Made by a program: the position numbers and the translations under genes. DNA of 64,000 bases, taken from Hyalangium minutum (GTDB taxonomy: Bacteria > Myxococcota > Myxococcia > Myxococcales > Myxococcaceae). Location: positions 62,001 to 126,000 of the forward strand of contig NZ_JMCB01000007.1 of the NCBI RefSeq assembly GCF_000737315.1. The letters run 5' to 3'. The first letter of the stretch is position 1. Every line of letters starts with the position of its first letter. This document shows positions 27,670-35,682 of the stretch, piece by piece. The notes under the pieces are model-generated. The model did not search any database. It saw nothing but the letters and a program-made list of their open reading frames with translations, and had not been told where the DNA came from.

Positions 27670-29211
27670 ATGGCTGAGGTGATGGGTAAGTCCTTTGTGG
27701 ATGAAGTCTCCTTGCTGCTCGAGCAGGTGCAGCAGGAGAGGGCGCTGGACCTGCTCCAGGAGGAGCAGGCGCGCATGCGCGTGAGCGTCCAGATCCTCTC
27801 GGAGCGGCACGCCGCCGGTGAGCGCATCTATGGAGTCACTCAGGGATTTGGTCCGCTCGTCACCTACGAGGCGAGCAGCTCTGGCCACGAGCAGGGAATG
27901 AACCTGCTGGCGCACCTGGGCACCTCGCAGGGCCCAGCGCTGTCACCGGACGTGACCCGGTTGCTCTTCTGGCTGCGGCTGCAGGGGCTGCGCCGAGGGT
28001 ACTCGGCAGTGGAGCCGGCGATCTGGCGGCGGCTGGCCGAGGCGTGGAATCGGGGCTTCGTGCCGGTGGTGTGCCGCGAAGGCACAGTGAGCGCGAGCGG
28101 AGATCTCCAGCCCCTGGCTCAAGCCGCGCTCGCGTTGGCGGGTGTGGGCGAGGCGTGGCACCTGAGCGAAGGCGGGGCGTGGGAGCGGGTACCGGCCGCG
28201 CGGAAGCTCGAGGTGCTGGGGCTGCCGCGCATGGAGTGGGGGGCTCGGGAGGCGCTGGCGTTCGTCAATGGGACAACGGCGAGCCTGGCCGCCACGTGCT
28301 TCAATCACCAGGCGTTGCTGCGCATGGCGCGCGCGCTGGCGGCCATCACAGGGCGCATGGCGCGGCTGCTGGGCGCCAACCCCGAGGCCTATCATCCCCA
28401 CCTCTCCGCCGTGCGAGGACAGGAGGGGCAGCGGCTCGCCGCCGCGTGGATCCGCGAGGAGTGTGCCGGGCTGAAGGAGCGCGCCCAGGGCCGGCCGCTG
28501 CAGGAGCCGTACAGCCTGCGCTGCGCGCCGCAGGTGATTGGCGCCGTGCTCGGGGAGCTGCGCTTGCATGGCGAGGTGCTCGCAGCCGAGGCACGGGGGT
28601 GTACGGACAACCCCGTGGTGGTGGACGGGCAGGTGCTGCACGGCGGCAACTTCCACGCGATGCCGGTAGCGCTGGCCTCGGACATGTATGGGCTGTGCGT
28701 GCAGCAGCTGGCCTTCTTGGCGGAGCGGCAGCTCGCCGTGCTGTTGACGCCGGAGACGAATGGCGGACTTCCGCCCATGCTCACGCCTCGGCCTGGAGCC
28801 TTCAGCGGATTGGCGGGGGTGCAGGTCTCCGCCACCTCCTTCGTGGCTCGCATCCGCCAGTTGGTGTACCCCGCCTCGCTCACGGCGCTGCCCACGAACC
28901 TCTACAACCAGGACCATGTGCCCATGGCGCTCAATGGCGCCAACGCCGTGCACGATGCGCTCGAGTTCGGCGGGTGGGTGCTGGGCTCGCTGGCGCTGGC
29001 CGTCAACCAGTTCTCGCATCTTGTGGGGGGGCGTGCTCAGGAAGGGGAGGGCCCGCTGTGGGCCGAGCTGCACGAGCGGTTCCCGCCGCTCTCCACGGAT
29101 CGTCCGTTCGCGCCCGAGGTGCGTGAGGCCGCGGCGCTCGTGGAGCGGTGGGCGGCGGAGGCCTTGTCCTCCTCGGCGGGGCGGAGTGAGTGGGAGAGCG
29201 CCTCGGCATGA
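27670..29211 (+). CDS. MIO-dependent aromatic amino acid ammonia-lyase/aminomutase (tyrosine-type signature)
   Basis: IYGVTQGFG, GTVSASGDL (ASG cofactor), ALAFVNGT, QEPYSLRC, DNP, GGNFHA, NQDHV. Confidence 0.9.
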   Translation: MAEVMGKSFVDEVSLLLEQVQQERALDLLQEEQARMRVSVQILSERHAAGERIYGVTQGFGPLVTYEASSSGHEQGMNLLAHLGTSQGPALSPDVTRLLFWLRLQGLRRGYSAVEPAIWRRLAEAWNRGFVPVVCREGTVSASGDLQPLAQAALALAGVGEAWHLSEGGAWERVPAARKLEVLGLPRMEWGAREALAFVNGTTASLAATCFNHQALLRMARALAAITGRMARLLGANPEAYHPHLSAVRGQEGQRLAAAWIREECAGLKERAQGRPLQEPYSLRCAPQVIGAVLGELRLHGEVLAAEARGCTDNPVVVDGQVLHGGNFHAMPVALASDMYGLCVQQLAFLAERQLAVLLTPETNGGLPPMLTPRPGAFSGLAGVQVSATSFVARIRQLVYPASLTALPTNLYNQDHVPMALNGANAVHDALEFGGWVLGSLALAVNQFSHLVGGRAQEGEGPLWAELHERFPPLSTDRPFAPEVREAAALVERWAAEALSSSAGRSEWESASA

Positions 29212-30797
29212 GCGAGCTGCCCCTGACGTTGGCGCTCATGCTGCACCGGGCGATGCGGCTTGGAGGCTCCAAGCGGGTGGTCACCGCTCGGCGGGATGGA
29301 GCGGAGCGACACACCTGGGCGCAGGTGGCCGAGCGCACCCTGCGCCTGTGCCGCGTGCTGCAGCGGCTCGGAGTCCGCCCAGGTGAGCGGGTGGCCACGT
29401 TCGCCTGGAACCACCACCAGCACCTGGAGCTGCTGCTGGGCGTGCCGCTGCTGGGCGCCACCGTTCATCCCATCAACGTGCGTCTCCACTCGGACGACGT
29501 AGTGCACGTGTCGCGCGAGGCGGAGGATGTGGTGGTCTTCGTGGATGCCTCGCTCACGCCACTGCTGGCGGAGCTGCATCCTCGGCTCGCCCACGTCCGC
29601 CACTGGGTGGTGATGGGAGAGGAGGCCGAGGTGGCGCCGGCCTTCGAGGGAGCACTGCGCTACGAGGAGCTGCTCGCGGGTGAGGCTCCCCTGCCGCTAG
29701 AGCACCTGCCCGAGGTGGACGAGCGAGCCCCCGCGAGTCTCTGCTACACGAGCGGGACGACGGGCCGGCCCAAGGGTGTGGCGTACTCACACCGCTCGCT
29801 GGTGCTGCATGCCATGGGGGCGCTGATGGTGGACTCCATGGCCGTGTCCGAGCGGGACGTGGTGCTTCCCCTGGCGCCCTTCTTCCACGCCAATGGGTGG
29901 GGGCTCCCATACTCGACGGCCTTCGCGGGCGCGGAGCTGGTGCTGCCCGGCCCTCGGCTCGACGCGGTCTCCGTGGCCCGGCTCATCGAGCGCGAGCGGG
30001 TGACGCTGGCCGCCGCAGTGCCCACCGTGTGGGACTCCTTCGAGCCGGTGCTGCGCGAGGGCAAGTACCCGCTGGGCTCGCTCAAGCGCATCCTCTGTGG
30101 AGGCGCGCCCCTGCCGCTGCGCACCATCCTGCGCTTCGCCGAGCATGGCATCGTGTTCCTGCACGCCTGGGGCATGACGGAGCTGGGGCCGAGCGGCACG
30201 ATGGCCCGTGCGCGGGAGGAGGGCCCTCTGGAGGAGCGGCTGGCGCCGCTGGCGCTGCAGGGCGCGGCCGTGCCGGGAGTGGAGCTGCGGCTCGTCGACA
30301 GGGAGGGGCGTGAGCTGCCTTGGGATGGTGTGGCCGTGGGAGAGCTGGAGGCCCGGGGCGTGTGGGTGGTGGAGCAGTACTTCCAGGGAGCGGGGAGCGA
30401 GGAGCGCTTCCGGGATGGCTGGCTGCGCACGGGCGACGTCGCCACGATCGATGGAAGCGGGGCGCTGCGCATCGTGGACCGGACGAAGGACCTGGTGAAA
30501 TCAGGAGGGGAGTGGATCAGCTCCGTCGAGCTGGAGCATCACCTGATGGACCACCCGGGTGTGAAGGAGGTGGCGGTCATCGCCGTGCCCCACCCGCATT
30601 GGGGCGAGCGCCCCGCGGCCGTGGTGGTCTGTCAGCCTGACGCTTCCCTCTCGCTGGAGGTGCTGCGGGAGCACCTGCGTCCCCGGGTGGTGAGCTGGTG
30701 GCTGCCAGACGCGGTGCACTTCGTGGCGGAGCTGCCCAAGACGGCCACCGGCAAGGTGGACAAGAAGGCCCTGCGCCAGGCCTACGCGCCGCGCTAG
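29208..30797 (+). CDS. Acyl-CoA ligase (AMP-forming, long-chain/AlkK-like)
   Basis: YTSGTTGRPKGV, AWGMTE, GWLRTGD, DRTKDLVKSGGEWISS, LPKTATGK; ATGA overlap with the lyase. Confidence 0.92.
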   Translation: MSELPLTLALMLHRAMRLGGSKRVVTARRDGAERHTWAQVAERTLRLCRVLQRLGVRPGERVATFAWNHHQHLELLLGVPLLGATVHPINVRLHSDDVVHVSREAEDVVVFVDASLTPLLAELHPRLAHVRHWVVMGEEAEVAPAFEGALRYEELLAGEAPLPLEHLPEVDERAPASLCYTSGTTGRPKGVAYSHRSLVLHAMGALMVDSMAVSERDVVLPLAPFFHANGWGLPYSTAFAGAELVLPGPRLDAVSVARLIERERVTLAAAVPTVWDSFEPVLREGKYPLGSLKRILCGGAPLPLRTILRFAEHGIVFLHAWGMTELGPSGTMARAREEGPLEERLAPLALQGAAVPGVELRLVDREGRELPWDGVAVGELEARGVWVVEQYFQGAGSEERFRDGWLRTGDVATIDGSGALRIVDRTKDLVKSGGEWISSVELEHHLMDHPGVKEVAVIAVPHPHWGERPAAVVVCQPDASLSLEVLREHLRPRVVSWWLPDAVHFVAELPKTATGKVDKKALRQAYAPR

Positions 30798-31927
30798 CTG
30801 GACTCCTGCGCCACGTCGATGGGGAACGCTCGCACGTCCTGGAGCAGCCCGCGGGTGCGCTCCAGCAGCTTCTGGAATCGATCCGTGCCGTTGCGCGTGT
30901 CGAAGCGCACCGAGATGTCCCGCGCCTGCGCGTCCACCCAGCCGTGCAGCTCCTTCGCCGCGTAGGTTCCCTTGGACTGATGGAGCGGAAACGCCTTGGG
31001 CAGACGCAGGCTCACCGTGTCGCGGTCCTCGGTCACCACTTGGGCGAGCAGGAAGCTGGCCGCCGCGTGGAAGGTGAACCGGTCGCGCCAGCTCGCGTGG
31101 TCCAGCGCCCACCCGAGGTGCTTCTCGAAGAGCGTGAGCCCTCGCGCCAGGTTGCCCGTCAGCGCCAGGAACTCGATGTGCTCGCCCACCGTGGCGAGAA
31201 AGTCCCGGTTCCGCGACACCATCGGGTAGCCGCGCAGATGGCAGTCCCGGGCCTCCTCCAGCTGCCCCAGCTTGAAGAGCGGATAGAGCACGCTGCCGTA
31301 CGTCAGGTGAGGAATCTCCGCGCACCGGCTGCGGCCCTCGAGGATGGGTCGCGCCTTCGCGAGTGCCTTGGCGTACTCGCCTAGGTCGATGTGGTGATCA
31401 ATCTCATCGTCCAGGTCACACGCTTGGCAGTCGGTGAGATGGTCTCTCGGAGCGGTAATCCACTGATCCCAGTACCGCTGGGCCTCGGCCTCTTCACCCA
31501 TGTCTCGCGCCGTCTGGTAGCGCAGCTTGAGGATGGCCCGCTTTCCCGCGTCCACCCGGGCGTAGGTTTGCTCGATGTCGAGCAGGGCGTCTTGGATCTG
31601 CTTGCGGGAGATGTGCGGGAAGTCGTCCAGCCGGCCCACCACCCACTTCTGCTTCCACAGCAGCATGTCCGACTCGAACCGCTCCGGGTTCTTCTTCGCC
31701 TGCCCTCGGCACCAGGCGAAGGCCACCAACGCCTTGTCCGGGAAGCCGCCGAAGGTGGCTGCGTCAATCAGCTCGTCGCGCACCTCGAAGGCCAGCTCGA
31801 CATCCGCGTGGGTGTCGGCCAGGCGCACGGCCTCCTCGAGCGCCATGACCTTGGCCTCGCCGTGCTTCATGCGGCCCGCGCGCGCCAGGAGTTCCTGTAC
31901 CTGCTCTTGCCAGTCCTGCGCGGTCAA
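30794..31927 (-). CDS. Helical (TPR-like) hypothetical protein with DCxxC motif
   Basis: TTG start overlapping the HSP90 stop after GGAGG; HLTDCQACDLDDEI and RCAEIP motifs. Confidence 0.72.
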   Translation of the reverse strand: MTAQDWQEQVQELLARAGRMKHGEAKVMALEEAVRLADTHADVELAFEVRDELIDAATFGGFPDKALVAFAWCRGQAKKNPERFESDMLLWKQKWVVGRLDDFPHISRKQIQDALLDIEQTYARVDAGKRAILKLRYQTARDMGEEAEAQRYWDQWITAPRDHLTDCQACDLDDEIDHHIDLGEYAKALAKARPILEGRSRCAEIPHLTYGSVLYPLFKLGQLEEARDCHLRGYPMVSRNRDFLATVGEHIEFLALTGNLARGLTLFEKHLGWALDHASWRDRFTFHAAASFLLAQVVTEDRDTVSLRLPKAFPLHQSKGTYAAKELHGWVDAQARDISVRFDTRNGTDRFQKLLERTRGLLQDVRAFPIDVAQESS

Positions 31928-33762
31928 TGCATGCCTCCCCGGCCCGAGTCCTCGCCGCCACCGTCCAGCTGCGCCGCGATGAGCCCCAGCAGCCCCTGGT
32001 TGAGCAGCGCCATCTCCTTCGCGCTCAGGGGCCGATGGCCGAGCAGCAGCGCCTGCACATACAGCATCTCCACCGACACCTTCATCAGGGCGCGGTCTTT
32101 CACTCCCGCCAGCTTGCGCACCACCGGGTTCAGGAAGTTGAAGGTGAGCAGCGGCCGATCGCTGCCCGGCGCGGCGCCGAGCATGCTGTCCATCATGGAG
32201 CCGTACAGATCGTCGCTCTCGTCACGGGCGCGCTCGGCGTCGCGCCGGAAGGCGCCCTCCGCATCCGAGCTGTAGAGCGTGGGCACTTCCTTGGGGCGGA
32301 ACTTCTTCACCGCCACGTCGCAGCGGAACGGCTGGAGCGCCAGCTCGGCGGCCCGGATCAGCGGGAAGACGGACTCTCGCTCGTCCAGCGTCAGCTCCTC
32401 GAAGCTCTGGGGCAGCTCGGCTGCGGAGAAGGGCTCCACCTGTGCGTCCGGGAAGACGCGCGCCAGCTTCTCGATCAGATCCGTGTCGTAGGTGTACGCG
32501 GCGTTCACCACGCACAGTCCCTGGGCCGCCGCCACCCGAGCCACCTGCCGGAAATCATCCAGCGAGGAGACGTAGCGCACGGTGGAGTTCTGCTTGCGGT
32601 AGTCCGCCAGTGTCATCATGCCCAGCGAAGTCTCAAAGGGCAGCCAGCCGATGACGAGCCGGTAGAAGTCATCGTCATCCAGCGCCAGCGCCTTCACCGA
32701 GAGCCCGTGCAGGGAGATGAGGCGCTGCAGGGCGCGCGGGTCGTCCTTGGCCAGCTCCGTGAGGTAGCGCCGCAGCGCCTGGCCCAGGGACTCGCGGGCC
32801 TTGGCCAGGGTGTCGTTCTCGTAGAAGGACTCGCGGCTGGCGGTGGGACGCAGCTCGTTCGCGTTCACCACGCACTTCACGAAGAAAGCCCAGTCCGGGA
32901 GCAGGTTCTCCGCGCTCTCGGACAGCAGCATGTTCTTCAGGTACACGCGGTGCTTCTGCTTGGCGTTGTAGTGCGGGCTGAAGGGCAGCACGAAGGCCAC
33001 GCCCTCCACGTCTCCAGAAGAGGCCTTCAGCGGGATGCAGTCGATGAAGTCCGAGCCGAACACCTCGCGCCCGTAGGCAAGCAGCGCTGCCCGGCGGTCA
33101 CTGGAGCTCTCGTACTGGCGGCGCCAGGGCGCGCCCTCCGTGTTGATGCGCGAGGTGGAGCCGTCTGCCGTGAGCAGGATGGGGAAGGGCAGCAGCCCGC
33201 CATAGTGCAGGGCGAGCTGGCGGACGCGCTCGGGGGTGAAGAGCTCGACCGTGTCCTGCCGGGCAACGAGGAACACCTGGGTGCCCGGTTGAGCGAGCGG
33301 GTGCTCGGAGGGCCGCACGGAGTAGGTGCCGTCATGCCGGCCACGCCACTCCATGGTCCGGCCGTCGCCCTTCACCGAGCGCGTCACCACGAGCAGCTCG
33401 TCGCAGACCATGAAGCAGGAGAGCAGGCCGATGCCGAACTGGCCGATGAAGTCGTTGCGGCGCTCCGCGAGGGCCTCGCGCTTGGAGCTCTCACCGATGG
33501 TGGCCAGGAAGCGGTGGATCTCCTCCTCCGTCAGGCCCACGCCGTCATCGCTGAAGAGGAGCGTGGGAGGGCCGCCGTCCTGCTTCTCGATGAGCTCGAC
33601 GCGGACGGTGCCGGTGTGGCCGGGCTCCAAGAGTTGCCGGGCACGGATGGCGTCCGTGGCGTTCTGTAGAAGCTCCCGAACGTAGACGCCGGGCGAGCTG
33701 TACAGGTGGTGGGACAGGAGGTCGATGACCCCACGGAGGTTGATCTGGAATCGATGGTCCAC
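31924..33762 (-). CDS. HSP90 (HtpG-like) family protein
   Basis: FQINL, YVRELLQNATDA, DDGVG, IGQFGIG, middle-domain PTASRE, C-terminal FNFLNPVV. GTG start at 33762 (alternative 33774). Confidence 0.9.
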   Translation of the reverse strand: MDHRFQINLRGVIDLLSHHLYSSPGVYVRELLQNATDAIRARQLLEPGHTGTVRVELIEKQDGGPPTLLFSDDGVGLTEEEIHRFLATIGESSKREALAERRNDFIGQFGIGLLSCFMVCDELLVVTRSVKGDGRTMEWRGRHDGTYSVRPSEHPLAQPGTQVFLVARQDTVELFTPERVRQLALHYGGLLPFPILLTADGSTSRINTEGAPWRRQYESSSDRRAALLAYGREVFGSDFIDCIPLKASSGDVEGVAFVLPFSPHYNAKQKHRVYLKNMLLSESAENLLPDWAFFVKCVVNANELRPTASRESFYENDTLAKARESLGQALRRYLTELAKDDPRALQRLISLHGLSVKALALDDDDFYRLVIGWLPFETSLGMMTLADYRKQNSTVRYVSSLDDFRQVARVAAAQGLCVVNAAYTYDTDLIEKLARVFPDAQVEPFSAAELPQSFEELTLDERESVFPLIRAAELALQPFRCDVAVKKFRPKEVPTLYSSDAEGAFRRDAERARDESDDLYGSMMDSMLGAAPGSDRPLLTFNFLNPVVRKLAGVKDRALMKVSVEMLYVQALLLGHRPLSAKEMALLNQGLLGLIAAQLDGGGEDSGRGGMH

Positions 33763-33906
33763 GTGCCGGGGCACAGTAGCGCACCCTCCGCCTTGACTGG
33801 CGTGTCAGATGAGGGGCGGGGGGCGGTCTCCCTGCGCCAGACGAGGCTCTGGCCCTTCGAGTCCCTGCCCGCCCACACTTCGGGTGCAGTGCGACAGCGA
33901 GGGACT

Positions 33907-34392
33907 TCAGCGGCTTCGGGAGTCCAGCCCATCCCGGCCGCAGGGCAGCCTCGCGAAGCCTGCGTCCGTCCGCCGGTAGAGCGGATCACACACCTCGGGC
34001 ATGAGCGGGCCCACCCAGTCGAACACCTTGCGGCCCGCGTAGTACGGCGGGAGGTGGGGCAAAACACAGCCCGCGCCGCCTTGCACGTCGATGGCTCCGA
34101 AGACGACCCGGCCCACCCCGTGCAGCAGCAGCGCCCCCATGCACATGACGCAGGGCTCCAGCGTGGAGTAGCAGGTCATCTCTCCGGCTCGGGGCCACAG
34201 CGCCTTGTCCACCGCCGCGATCGCGCTCGTCTCAGCGTGCGCGCCCGGGTTGTAGACGGGGTGGAGCACCGTGCTCATCCCCTCCGCGATGACCTGACCG
34301 TCCAGCACGATCAGTGCCCCCACGGGCAGGTTCCCCTCGCGTTCGGATTGGAGCGCGAGCTCGACGGCGCGCTGGAGGTAGGTGTGATCCAT
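33907..34392 (-). CDS. Zinc-dependent nucleoside deaminase (CDA/TadA fold)
   Basis: PVGAL, HAETSAI, STLEPCVMC. Confidence 0.88.
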   Translation of the reverse strand: MDHTYLQRAVELALQSEREGNLPVGALIVLDGQVIAEGMSTVLHPVYNPGAHAETSAIAAVDKALWPRAGEMTCYSTLEPCVMCMGALLLHGVGRVVFGAIDVQGGAGCVLPHLPPYYAGRKVFDWVGPLMPEVCDPLYRRTDAGFARLPCGRDGLDSRSR

Positions 34393-34445
34393 GGGATGCA
34401 TTCTCAGGGGGGACTTGCGGTGCCCACCGCTCTTCCGTTACTTCT

Positions 34446-34575
34446 AGCCCAGGTGCCGAGGGGCGCCTGCACCCGAAAAAGACGACGTCACCCTCGCTTC
34501 ACCCCGCAGCTCGACATGTTTCCAAGAGTTCCTTCGACGGCCCACGATTCGGGTAAGGGCTGGCACCGAGGGACT
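34446..34575 (+). promoter_or_regulatory. Candidate structured 5' leader RNA with mutually exclusive or pseudoknotted helices
   Basis: GGTGCC(34452)/GGCACC(34562); ACCCGAA(34471)/TTCGGGT(34548); CCCTCG(34491) can pair with CGAGGG at 34457 or at 34567 (RBS). Confidence 0.4.
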
Positions 34576-34579
34576 TGTC

Positions 34580-35149
34580 ATGGGAACCGTCGTGCACGCT
34601 GCCTCGCCCGCCACCCTCCAAGAGTACAAGGTCCGAGCCTCCATCCTCCTCAAGGAGCTGCTCTCCTCGGACTCCGCGCGCGCCACCCGCGCCGCTGAGC
34701 GCCTGCGCGTGCTGCCCGCCTTCTCCGGGCTCTCTCCTGCCGAGCTGCTCGCTCGAAGGGACTCCGTGCAGCGCAAGCATGCGCTGGCCGTCATCGCCCA
34801 GGAGCAGGGGTATGGCTCCTGGGCCGAGCTGAAGCAGGCCCTCGGCGAGGAGAAGGAGGGCCCTCGGTTCGGCCCCGAGGCCTTCTTCATCCGCCCCATG
34901 AGCCCCTTCCTCAACCGTTGGTGCTCCTCCTATGAGGAGGCGCTCGGGGCACTTCAGACCGGCGGCGGCTACCTCTTTCCCTACCGCACGCAGTTCTTCG
35001 TCTGCGACGCCACCTTCCTGCAAGCGCTCGGAGTGGATGCCGCGGATCCCGACTGGGAGCGGATCGGACGCAACTGGGTGAAGCCGTTGGATTTGGCCGC
35101 CCACGCGCGGCTCGAGCAGAAGCTCATCGCGCTCGGCTTCACCCGCTGA
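34580..35149 (+). CDS. Hypothetical protein
   Basis: 189-aa ORF with GAGGG RBS; K...A..L...ALAVIAQEQGYGSWAELK helical motif; no confident family. Confidence 0.7.
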   Translation: MGTVVHAASPATLQEYKVRASILLKELLSSDSARATRAAERLRVLPAFSGLSPAELLARRDSVQRKHALAVIAQEQGYGSWAELKQALGEEKEGPRFGPEAFFIRPMSPFLNRWCSSYEEALGALQTGGGYLFPYRTQFFVCDATFLQALGVDAADPDWERIGRNWVKPLDLAAHARLEQKLIALGFTR

Positions 35150-35191
35150 GCTGCCCCTCGCCTCACTGTCCCCACAACCCAGGAGTACCCC

Positions 35192-35587
35192 ATGTCCTCT
35201 TCCTCGGATTCTTCCGAGACGCGGGGCGGCCGCAGCCGCCGCGCCGAACTCAAGCGCCACTACAAGGAGAAGCCCCCGCCCATGGGCATGTTCGCCGTCC
35301 GCAACCGCGCCAACGGCAAGGTGCTGGTGGGCACCAGCATCAACCTCCCGGGCGCCCTCAACCGGATCCGCTTCCAACTGGAGCTGGGCGCACACGAGAA
35401 CCCCGCGCTCCAGCAAGACTGGCAGCGTCATGGCGCCGACAATTTCTCCTTCGAGGTGCTCGACGAGCTACCCCCCTCGGAGGAGCCGCGCGAGGACCCT
35501 CGGGCGGAGCTCGAGGTGCTGGAGGCGCTCTGGCTCGAGCGGCTCAAGCCCTACGGTGAGGCGGGCTACAACACGCCACCTCCCTAG
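35192..35587 (+). CDS. GIY-YIG nuclease family protein
   Basis: GMFAVRN...GKVLVGTS, LQQDWQRHGADNFSFEVLDE, GYN. Confidence 0.75.
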   Translation: MSSSSDSSETRGGRSRRAELKRHYKEKPPPMGMFAVRNRANGKVLVGTSINLPGALNRIRFQLELGAHENPALQQDWQRHGADNFSFEVLDELPPSEEPREDPRAELEVLEALWLERLKPYGEAGYNTPPP

Positions 35588-35628
35588 AAGGGTTCTTCTC
35601 TCGGGCCATCCGCGAGGGCGCCTTCTTT

Positions 35629-35640
35629 GGTGGTACAGCC
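35629..35640 (+). promoter_or_regulatory. Motif GGTGGTACAGCC upstream of vgrG-1
   Basis: Identical 12-mer also precedes vgrG-2 (37958-37969). Confidence 0.4.
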
Positions 35641-35682
35641 CTGGGCCTTCCGCGCTGCCACCCTCGCCTGAGGGGGATGTGA

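Noticed and set aside
33818-33875. GGGCGGG...TTCGAGTCC...CCCGCCCA resembles a tRNA acceptor stem and T-loop
   Set aside because: Too short; no D-arm, anticodon arm or T-stem; at most a GC-rich hairpin upstream of the HSP90 gene
33907-34392. Calling the deaminase tadA
   Set aside because: Only the generic HAE/PCxxC motifs were recognised; TadA-specific assignment not supportable by eye
34457-34554. HDV-like ribozyme interpretation of the leader pseudoknot
   Set aside because: Helix order is similar, but the P3 loop is only 3 nt and the P1.1 GG/CC pairing is missing
35631-35647. Sigma54 promoter call upstream of the vgrG genes (and TTTGCA upstream of aldB)
   Set aside because: GG and GC are not at the required 10-nt spacing; kept only as an unexplained shared motif
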